From contig CAXSGP010000112.1 of the NCBI GenBank assembly GCA_964236955.1, forward strand, positions 1-14,027: 14,027 bases of DNA. The letters run 5' to 3'. Shown one piece after another: positions 1-7,299 of this stretch. Made by a program: the position numbers and the translations under genes. Source of the stretch: an uncultured Oligoflexus sp. (GTDB lineage Bacteria; Bdellovibrionota_B; Oligoflexia; Oligoflexales; Oligoflexaceae). How positions within the stretch are numbered: position 1 is the stretch's first letter; each line of letters begins with the position of its first letter. The notes beneath the pieces were generated by a model. It saw only the letters and a program-made list of their open reading frames with translations, had not been told where the DNA came from and made no database searches.

Positions 1-324
1 ATTGACGTTCGCACTTGGTTTTTTGCGTATTCTATTCAGTTTTCAAAGAGCTTTTGTTTCGAAGGTCTTTTTAGTTCAGCAAGATTCTTTTTTCAAGAAA
101 AATTTTTGTTTTCTTTACTTCGTTTCTTTCTGTTCTTCGCGTCGCCCCGATGAGATGGTTTATACGGATTCGAATTCGAATCGTCAACCAAGCTTTTGCA
201 ATTTCTCAATTTTTCTTTCGATTTCTTCAGCATTAAATTCAAGCGACTAAATTGCCTTACGCAAAGTAAGAATGCAGTCTGTACCCGTGTTTTGGAAAAA
301 GCGCGAATACTAGCGGTTTTAGCT

Positions 325-351
325 TAAGCTTCTCACCAGCTTTGCCGACCT
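325..351 (+). promoter_or_regulatory. Possible sigma-28 (FliA)-type promoter for the response regulator
   Basis: TAAG(325-328)-N15-GCCGACCT(344-351) against consensus TAAA-N15-GCCGATAA; spacing exact, both boxes imperfect. Confidence 0.35.
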
Positions 352-414
352 TAGTTTAAGCGGGCGGTTGCTTGGTATGGCAACTCCATTACACGCAGAC
401 AAAGGTGACAGAAA

Positions 415-939
415 ATGATTAGCCAGAAGTTTCGCTCTAAAATGGGGATGCCGCGCGTTCTTATCGTTGATGATGAAGTTCAACTTGCCGAAATATATAG
501 AGCGGTCCTGCAAAGTGCCGGCGCAAAGGTTAAAGTGGCTTACGATGCTGCTGATGCCGCCGACCTTATTCAAAGCTTTCATCCTGATGTCATAGTCTCC
601 GATATACGAATGCCCGAAGTCAGAGGTGATGAATTGTTAGTTGCCTTATCTTCCTATGATCCCGATTTACCTGTCATTTTGGTCACAGGAATGGATCGCG
701 CCAAAATCGCAATTCCCAAAGAGAGTCAAAACCTCTTTCACCTTCTGCATAAGCCCGTCGAATATGATCAGTTGATACGCGCGGTCCAGAGCGCTTTCAG
801 TCTGGTTGAATCCAAGAAGCTCAACGAAGTGCTGCTTCGTGCGTCGCATGCGCGTTCTGGATCTCCACTTTCCTATGACGATTGGAAGGAAACCGAAACC
901 AATTCCCTGCTTCAGGCTTCTGTGCAGCGCGCCTCCTAA
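415..939 (+). CDS. Response regulator receiver (CheY-like) protein with a short C-terminal tail and no recognisable output domain
   Basis: VLIVDDE acidic pocket, VIVSDIRMP phospho-acceptor Asp, ILVTG switch Thr, HKPV Lys-Pro. SD-like AAAGGTG at 401-407. Alternative starts at 442/448. Confidence 0.9.
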   Translation: MISQKFRSKMGMPRVLIVDDEVQLAEIYRAVLQSAGAKVKVAYDAADAADLIQSFHPDVIVSDIRMPEVRGDELLVALSSYDPDLPVILVTGMDRAKIAIPKESQNLFHLLHKPVEYDQLIRAVQSAFSLVESKKLNEVLLRASHARSGSPLSYDDWKETETNSLLQASVQRAS

Positions 940-961
940 GGGGGGCTCCGACCCCCTTTTT
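938..961 (+). terminator. Putative intrinsic terminator
   Basis: AAGGGGG-(GCTCCGA)-CCCCCTT stem-loop running into a T tract at the response regulator stop. Confidence 0.6.
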
Positions 962-1045
962 CCCAGGCTGTTCCCGCTAGCGATCCTCCCTATTTTCCTA
1001 TAGATTACCGCCTCGTTCTCAATTCAATCGATGCGGATGAAATTC

Positions 1046-2722
1046 ATGTCAGATAAACAAGTAATCTATTCCATGGTCGATGTATCTAAGACACACGGCC
1101 AAAAGACCGTCCTAAAAAACATCTACCTCTCGTATTTTTACGGGGCCAAAATCGGCGTTTTGGGCGCCAACGGCTCTGGAAAAAGTTCTCTTTTAAAAAT
1201 TTTAGCGGGCGTCGACGAGAGCTTTACCGGTGAAACTCACATCTCCGAAGGCTACACTGTCGGCTATCTCGCCCAGGAGCCTCATCTCGAAGCCGGTAAA
1301 ACCGTCAAAGAGATCGTTCAGGAAGGGGCGGCCGCCACGGTTGCCCTCTTAAAAGAATTTGAAGAGATCAATTTGAAGTTTGGCGAGGATTTGACTCCCG
1401 ATCAAATGGATGCGTTGATCACCCGTCAGGGCGAAGTTCAGGATTTGCTGGACCGCACCGATGCATGGACCCTCGATGATCGACTCGAATTTGCAATGAA
1501 TGCACTCGATTGTCCGGCCGGCGATGCAATTGTAGACCATCTATCGGGAGGGGAGCGCCGGCGCGTGGCGCTCTGTCGATTGCTTTTGCAGAAACCCGAC
1601 ATTCTTCTCCTGGATGAACCGACCAACCATCTGGATGCTGAATCGGTTCGCTGGCTCGAAAAACATCTCCAGGAATACAAAGGCACTATCATTGCCGTTA
1701 CTCATGACCGGTATTTCCTCGACAATGTCGCGGGCTGGATCCTGGAACTCGATCGCGGTCAGGGAATTCCCTGGAAAGGTAATTATACATCGTGGCTCGA
1801 GCAAAAAGAGAAACGTCTTGAGCAGGAAGAAAAGGGCGAAAACAAACGCCGCAAATATCTGCAGCAGGAACTCGAATGGGTGCGAATGGCTCCCAAGGCT
1901 CGACAAGCGAAGAATAAAGCACGAATTTCGGCATACGAAAAACTCTTTAATGAAGAGTCGCGCGGTCAGGACAAGGATCTTCAGATCTATATTCCGCCCG
2001 GCCCCCGATTGGGTGACATCGTCATCGAAGCCTCCCATGTGGAAAAAGCTTTCGGCGGTAAGGTTCTTTTCAAAGACCTTAACTTCAAACTTCCCGCGGG
2101 CGGAATCGTCGGCATCATTGGGCCCAACGGTGTTGGTAAGACGACGCTGTTCCGTATGATCGCCAAGATCGCCGAACCCGATGCGGGATCCTTCACCGTG
2201 GGGCAGACCGCGGTCGTGGGCTACATGGAACAGTCGCGTCTGGGTCTTGATCCTGAGAAGTCCATTTACGAAGCTGTTTCACAGGGCGCTGACAACGTTC
2301 TGCTCGGCAAACAGGAAGTCAACGCCCGTGCTTACGTGAGTCGCTTCAACTTCAACGGTCAGGATCAGCAGAAGAAAGTCGGTGATCTGAGCGGTGGCGA
2401 GAGAAACCGTATCCAGCTCGCTTTGCTCTGTAAATCAGGGGCCAACGTTCTTCTGCTCGATGAGCCTACCAACGACCTCGACATCACCACGATGCGGGCT
2501 CTTGAAGAAGCACTTCTCAGTTTTGCCGGTTGTGCCGTGGTCATTAGCCATGATCGCTGGTTCCTCGACCGTATCGCCAGTCATATCCTCGCCTTTGAAG
2601 GTGATGGTGAAGTCTATTGGTACGAAGGCAATTTCTCGGACTTTGAAGAGGATCGCAAAAGGCGCCTCGGTTCCGACGCTGATGTTCCTAAACGTGTGCG
2701 TCACGCCCGTTTGGAACGCTAA
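1046..2722 (+). CDS. ettA: Energy-dependent translational throttle protein EttA (ABC-F ATPase)
   Basis: Two ABC cassettes (GANGSGKS/LSGGE/LLLDE and GPNGVGKT/LSGGE/LLLDE), no TM segments, EttA-typical IYLSYFYGAKIGVLG, VTHDRYFLDNVAGWILELDRG and linker ELEWVRMAPKARQAKNKARISAYE. Start 1046 preferred; 1031 possible. Confidence 0.95.
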   Translation: MSDKQVIYSMVDVSKTHGQKTVLKNIYLSYFYGAKIGVLGANGSGKSSLLKILAGVDESFTGETHISEGYTVGYLAQEPHLEAGKTVKEIVQEGAAATVALLKEFEEINLKFGEDLTPDQMDALITRQGEVQDLLDRTDAWTLDDRLEFAMNALDCPAGDAIVDHLSGGERRRVALCRLLLQKPDILLLDEPTNHLDAESVRWLEKHLQEYKGTIIAVTHDRYFLDNVAGWILELDRGQGIPWKGNYTSWLEQKEKRLEQEEKGENKRRKYLQQELEWVRMAPKARQAKNKARISAYEKLFNEESRGQDKDLQIYIPPGPRLGDIVIEASHVEKAFGGKVLFKDLNFKLPAGGIVGIIGPNGVGKTTLFRMIAKIAEPDAGSFTVGQTAVVGYMEQSRLGLDPEKSIYEAVSQGADNVLLGKQEVNARAYVSRFNFNGQDQQKKVGDLSGGERNRIQLALLCKSGANVLLLDEPTNDLDITTMRALEEALLSFAGCAVVISHDRWFLDRIASHILAFEGDGEVYWYEGNFSDFEEDRKRRLGSDADVPKRVRHARLER

Positions 2723-2745
2723 TATACGAAAAAAGGTTGATATCA

Positions 2746-4272
2746 ATGAGCAAGGCGCAGCAAAACGCAATAAGCCCGACCCGGACCGAAGATTATCCAG
2801 AATGGTATCAGCAGGTCATCAAAGCCGCCGACATGGCGGAAAATTCGTCCGTCCGCGGCTGCATGGTGATCAAGCCTTGGGGTTTTGCGATCTGGGAGAA
2901 CATGCAAAAGGTTCTCGACGGCAAGTTCAAGGAAACCGGGCATGAAAATGCTTATTTTCCCTTGTTTATACCTTTGAGTTTGATGGAGAAGGAGGCGCAG
3001 CACGTCGAAGGTTTTGCCAAAGAATGTGCTGTTGTCACTCACCATCGATTGGAAGCCGCTCCGAACGGAACGCTGGTTCCTGCCGGAAAACTTGACGAAC
3101 CACTGGTGATTCGCCCGACTTCGGAAATGATCATCGGCCAAGTCTATTCGAAATGGGTTCAGTCTTATCGCGACCTGCCGATCCTTATCAATCAGTGGGC
3201 CAACGTGGTTCGCTGGGAGATGCGGACCCGTATGTTTCTTCGCACCACTGAATTCCTTTGGCAGGAAGGACATACTGTCCATGCCACTGCGGAGGAAGCG
3301 GTGGAAGAAACCCGGCGCATGCTCGACGTTTACGAAGACTTTGCCAGGGACTTCATGGCAATGCCTGTCGTCAAAGGTGAAAAGGCTCCGCACGAGCGTT
3401 TTCCGGGCGCGGTTGATACCTATACAATTGAAGCGATGATGCAGGACCGTAAGGCTCTGCAGGCAGGTACCTCGCATTTCCTTGGACAGAATTTTGCCAA
3501 GGCGATGAACATTCATTTTCAAAATGAAAAAGGTGACGACGTCCATGCCTGGACCACATCGTGGGGCGTTTCCACCCGCCTGGTCGGTGCTTTGATCATG
3601 ACTCATGCGGATGATGATGGTTTGGTCCTGCCACCCCGTCTGGCGCCTAAGCATGTTGTGATTATGCCTATTTTTAAGACCGATGAAGAAAAAGCCAAGG
3701 TCCTTGACTACTGCCGGGCCTTGGAAAAAGAGATCACCGGTATCCCCTACGCGGGCGAAGCGATTCGGGTGGCGATCGATGCCCGCGATCTTCGTGGTGG
3801 TGAGAAGGCCTGGCAGCATATCAAGAAGGGGGTGCCCGTTCGGGTCGAAGTGGGCCCTCGTGATATAGGCTCCGATTCTGTTTTCGTAGGCCTGAGGACG
3901 CAGTCGCCCAAAGATAAAAAAGCCGTGGCCCGGAGTGAGTTTGTCAAAAACCTGGCCCAAACGCTCGCGGCTATGCAGCAGGCTCTTTATGATAAGGCCT
4001 TGGCCTTCCAAAAAGAGCATACCCTGAGGATCGACAGCCTCGATGACCTCAAAGCCTACTTCACGCCAACGAGTAAAAACGAAGAGAAGCAGGAAGCTCA
4101 CGGCGGCTTTGCCCTGGTTCACTGGGTCGAAGACGCTGAGACCGAAAAGCTTCTCAAGGAAATGAAGATCACGCATCGCTGCATTCCACTGGAAGGTCCA
4201 GCGGAAGAAGGCAAGTGTATCTTTACGGGCAAACCCAGCAGCAAACGTTCAATCCTGGCTAAATCCTATTGA
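2746..4272 (+). CDS. proS: Proline--tRNA ligase, archaeal/eukaryote-like type
   Basis: EAQHVEGFAKE, IRPTSE, QWANVVRWEMRTRMFLRTTEFLWQEGHT, QAGTSHFLGQNF, TSWGVSTR, anticodon-binding domain KGVPVRVEVGPRD, C-terminal Tyr (AKSY). SD AAAGG at 2732-2736. Confidence 0.97.
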   Translation: MSKAQQNAISPTRTEDYPEWYQQVIKAADMAENSSVRGCMVIKPWGFAIWENMQKVLDGKFKETGHENAYFPLFIPLSLMEKEAQHVEGFAKECAVVTHHRLEAAPNGTLVPAGKLDEPLVIRPTSEMIIGQVYSKWVQSYRDLPILINQWANVVRWEMRTRMFLRTTEFLWQEGHTVHATAEEAVEETRRMLDVYEDFARDFMAMPVVKGEKAPHERFPGAVDTYTIEAMMQDRKALQAGTSHFLGQNFAKAMNIHFQNEKGDDVHAWTTSWGVSTRLVGALIMTHADDDGLVLPPRLAPKHVVIMPIFKTDEEKAKVLDYCRALEKEITGIPYAGEAIRVAIDARDLRGGEKAWQHIKKGVPVRVEVGPRDIGSDSVFVGLRTQSPKDKKAVARSEFVKNLAQTLAAMQQALYDKALAFQKEHTLRIDSLDDLKAYFTPTSKNEEKQEAHGGFALVHWVEDAETEKLLKEMKITHRCIPLEGPAEEGKCIFTGKPSSKRSILAKSY

Positions 4273-4279
4273 TGGCGCG

Positions 4280-4309
4280 AAGCCCTTCATGAGAAGGGCT
4301 TTGTCCTTT
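4280..4309 (+). terminator. Intrinsic terminator of ettA-proS
   Basis: Perfect 9-bp stem AAGCCCTTC-ATGA-GAAGGGCTT (4280-4301) followed by TGTCCTTT, 7 bp after the proS stop. Confidence 0.7.
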
Positions 4310-4338
4310 AGCGCAAGATGGTCTTGAGCAAAAAAAGT

Positions 4339-4367
4339 CTGACACGCGAAGGGATTTTTGTTAAAAT
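4339..4367 (+). promoter_or_regulatory. Near-consensus sigma-70 promoter pointing antisense into the SGNH gene
   Basis: CTGACA(4339-4344)-N17-TAAAAT(4362-4367) with extended -10 TG at 4359-4360. Confidence 0.4.
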
Positions 4368-4402
4368 TTCGAAAGTTTCAAAGCCAACATCAGCTGCTTT
4401 GC

Positions 4403-5530
4403 TCACATTGAATACCTGGTTCTCATCTCCTCGCGAATTGCCTTGGCAATCTTCATATGACCCCGTACGCTCAAGTGAAAACAATCGTTGCCAATATCCT
4501 CTGCAGCAAACATCAAGGTCGACGGCGCGTTTAATTGATGAACCCGATAGGCTGGATTAACAGTATCCAGCTCCTTAACCAGATCGATTAGTCCTTCGCG
4601 GTAACTGGCCAACGCATTAGAGACGGGCATAAGATCCTCGAGCGTGCCTGTCTTATGATAGGCAAATAAGCTTGGGCAAAGCCCGTAGGGTCCACCCTGA
4701 AATATCTGCGAAAGAATCGCCCGCATACCAAGGCTGCTGGCATCGTCGGTCTGTTTGCTGATAAAGCCCTTATTCACCTCGTCGGATTGAAGCTCACGAC
4801 AGCTGTGCTCGGCGCCAAAGGCGGGGATTCTTTTACTTAGAATCTCGGGAGATGTGGCAAGCTGTGAAACACCCAATGGATCCATTAGCCAGATATGGGT
4901 GATGCCGCCATTGAGTTTGGGTCTGGCGTTTTTGATGAGATAGCGCACGGCCGTGCCGATGTTCTGGGTATACTCATCGCGAGTCGTGATCAGGGCCGGA
5001 TCCGCGGCACAGATGTCATTCCCGGTGAAAAAAATAAAGACCTGATCAAGACTCTGGTCCTTGGCGTTATCGAGGATGCGGTCGACCTGCTGCCGGGCCT
5101 GAAAGGACTTTTCGCCATCCCGCGCGGCAATGAGGATGGTATCGCCATGAAAGCGGCTCAGGAGATAGCCCCATGAGTATTCTTCCATATCTAAATATTG
5201 GGTCGACATCGAGGTCACAAAGTTATTGAAGATCCAGACCAGGGGATGGGTAAATTCGCGCGGAGAGAGCCCCAAGCGCTGAGGGGGTGTAAGGGGAGGC
5301 GTTATGCCTTCACGGCTCAGGAAATCGCGGGTAGCCGGGTCTATATCGAGTTTTTGCTGACCGTTGAATACCGTTTCCATCTTTTCTATATCGAAGGCCA
5401 AAGCGCTGTGACTGGCGCCACCGGTGCTGATGCTGTCGCCTATGACCGCTATCGTTCCCGCTCGTAACGGGCTCGGACTTAGACTTAGAGCACCCGATAA
5501 GACCAAACCTACAGAAATCACTTTAAGCAT
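4403..5530 (-). CDS. Secreted SGNH/GDSL-family hydrolase (lipase/esterase)
   Basis: Signal-peptide-like N-terminus (MLKVISVGLVLSGALSLSPSPLRA), block I VIGDSIS, block III FFTGNDIC, block V DCFHL (DxxH). SD GAGGG upstream. Confidence 0.85.
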   Translation of the reverse strand: MLKVISVGLVLSGALSLSPSPLRAGTIAVIGDSISTGGASHSALAFDIEKMETVFNGQQKLDIDPATRDFLSREGITPPLTPPQRLGLSPREFTHPLVWIFNNFVTSMSTQYLDMEEYSWGYLLSRFHGDTILIAARDGEKSFQARQQVDRILDNAKDQSLDQVFIFFTGNDICAADPALITTRDEYTQNIGTAVRYLIKNARPKLNGGITHIWLMDPLGVSQLATSPEILSKRIPAFGAEHSCRELQSDEVNKGFISKQTDDASSLGMRAILSQIFQGGPYGLCPSLFAYHKTGTLEDLMPVSNALASYREGLIDLVKELDTVNPAYRVHQLNAPSTLMFAAEDIGNDCFHLSVRGHMKIAKAIREEMRTRYSM

Positions 5531-6098
5531 CAACCGTACCCTCAGCTAAGTAATCACAGGCGGTAGCCAGAGACCGTTGTGAAGGGGCATACTATAGGGA
5601 TCAAATGGTTTTGAAAAGCGCGCTTAAATTTTCAGGCTGGAGCTCGAGTTTGGGAGGCGCTGGAGCTTCGGCCTTCGTTTGTCACGTCATTTCGATAAGA
5701 TTTCGCAAATTCATGCCATTTTTATCGTCATAATTTTTAATGTCAGTCATAAATGCTTTTCGATTTTATAAAGCAGTCCCCCCAAATAACTATAGCGAAT
5801 AAACACAGTATGCATGTATATATGACATGGATAGGGTCATTTTTGCTAAATGGCATACGGGTGAAATGAAGCAAAGGCAATAGTTTCATCGTTTTATCAT
5901 AATTCTCAGTGACTATGTCAGATCGATAGTCTTGGAGGAATCTTCTCAGGGTGATCAAATGCCAACGAGATGCTCTGAGATTAATTTATTTTTCTGCAGC
6001 TAAAAGTTGACCTGTTGGCCAGTTTTCGATTGAATAGGGAAAATTCGAGTGGCCATGAATTCGAACAGAATCAGGAATAGGGACTTGGAGGAAGTGCA

Positions 6099-6371
6099 AT
6101 GGAGATCCAGAGCGAGCAGCAGTATAAAAGGTTGCGTATGCTAGATATCGACGATCTTATTCTCCTGCAGCATCTGCTCAAAGGAGGACGACCGTCAACA
6201 GGTGCTGCACTCTTGGGATTGACTCCCCCGGCAGTGAGTCACCGGCTTCGCAAGATTGAGGATGTTTTCGAGATCAAGCTGTTTGATCGAATCGGTTCCA
6301 AACTCAGTCTCAATATCGCCGGTCGTGCTCTGTCTGAAAAAGCTGATCGGGCTCTCCTGCTCATGCTGTAA
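6099..6371 (+). CDS. LysR-type winged-HTH protein, DNA-binding domain only (90 aa)
   Basis: GAALLGLTPPAVSHRLRKIEDVFEIKLFDR...LSLNIAG matches the LysR HTH pattern (AA..L..TQPAVS..I..LE...G..LF.R...LT.AG). SD GGAGG at 6087-6091. Confidence 0.85.
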   Translation: MEIQSEQQYKRLRMLDIDDLILLQHLLKGGRPSTGAALLGLTPPAVSHRLRKIEDVFEIKLFDRIGSKLSLNIAGRALSEKADRALLLML

Positions 6372-6430
6372 AAGATTCTTTTATTAAAAGGGTAAAGCCT
6401 GGATGGAGCGAAAGGCTTGCTGACTTTCGA

Positions 6431-6727
6431 TCACATCTCTAGTCTTGCTTTCTCAAATGTGACTGTGAAGGTATTGAATTTTCGCTCGTCCACGAGCTCT
6501 TGAGTCACCCGAGTTATTTTGGACTCAAATTTTCGACCGATCTCTTGAACCAAGTGATCAATTTCCCCTATCGGCCCTTCGACATGCATTTCCACGCGAC
6601 CATCCGATAGATTCATCACGTAGCCTGAGACCTTAAAAGCGCTCGCCATGGTTTCGGTAATGCGCCGAAAGCCCACACCTTGAACATGCCCCTCGTAACA
6701 GTATCGCCTGGCTATTGTTCGAGACAT
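6431..6727 (-). CDS. acyP: Acylphosphatase
   Basis: GHVQGVGFR phosphate-binding loop and GYVMNLSDGRVE with the catalytic Asn; 98 aa from 6727. A start at 6745 (SD AGGAAGG) is also possible. Confidence 0.92.
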   Translation of the reverse strand: MSRTIARRYCYEGHVQGVGFRRITETMASAFKVSGYVMNLSDGRVEMHVEGPIGEIDHLVQEIGRKFESKITRVTQELVDERKFNTFTVTFEKARLEM

Positions 6728-7237
6728 CTTCGTGACCTTTCCCATCGCATGCCTTCCTATTCCCATTTGATGTCGGTAGAATAACACGATTATTCTGAGA
6801 ATTGCCAAAGAGAGACAGATTTTTAAAGAGGCCTCACCCTACAACTGTATTCCTTGAACGGATATTTAATATATTCGGTGCAACCATCGATCGCAGGAAA
6901 TCGAATTACCCTATAGGGACCTGTACTTATCAATAATTCACGGCGGCGAAGCTTTCTTTTTAGCGCACTATTGCTCGCTCTATTTGCAAAATAAAAATTT
7001 AAAGTGAAATTTCCGAAACTCTGCGGTGAAGACGAGGGAAATAAACCCACTCAAAAATACTATCAGCGTCAGCTTTCCTGGCCCGGGTAGTGTTTTCAGA
7101 TGAACTACCACCACCGTCGCTGGCTTCCCCTGGCCGTTCTTTCCTTAATCGTCCCGGGCCCAGCTACTTCTGCTGATGGTCTAAGCCCGGTAAAACGCCG
7201 GGCATTTTCCGCCCGGCAAAGAAATGTCATAAGTTCT

Positions 7238-7264
7238 TCAATTCTTGGCAAAAAATGCCGATAG
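7238..7264 (+). promoter_or_regulatory. Sigma-28 (FliA)-type promoter of fliG
   Basis: TCAATTCT(7238-7245)-N11-GCCGATAG(7257-7264) against TAAAGTTT-N11-GCCGATAA; -10 box 7/8, exact spacing, 35 bp before a flagellar gene. Confidence 0.65.
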
Positions 7265-7299
7265 CAAAGAAGACGCCGACGCTTGGGGGACTTAAGATC

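Noticed and set aside
2..250. 82-aa Phe/Ser-rich plus-strand ORF
   Set aside because: Its composition reflects the T-rich strand; no motif or credible start.
1349..2945. Alternate-frame and antisense ORFs over ettA
   Set aside because: They overlap highly conserved genes and have no protein-like features.
2743..4176. 477-aa ORF antisense to proS
   Set aside because: It is in exact codon register with proS, so it stays open simply because proS avoids TTA/CTA/TCA codons over this span; the translation has no recognisable motifs.
5704..5718. Sigma-54-like TGGCATGAATTTGCG on the minus strand above the SGNH gene
   Set aside because: GG-to-GC spacing is 9 nt; sigma-54 requires 10.
5743..5958. 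71-aa minus-strand ORF in the SGNH/LysR spacer
   Set aside because: Non-ATG start, no clear SD, no recognisable family; cannot be supported, though not strictly excluded.
6831..7040. Fragments resembling cobalamin (CAACTGTA) and glycine (GAAACTCT) riboswitches
   Set aside because: Isolated short matches without the other conserved boxes or fitting downstream genes.
7178..7206. c-di-GMP-I riboswitch suggested by GGTCTAAG plus hairpin upstream of fliG
   Set aside because: No GGCAAA/GNRA P2 stem or GCAAAG junction upstream, and the 3' half of the tetraloop receptor is missing.
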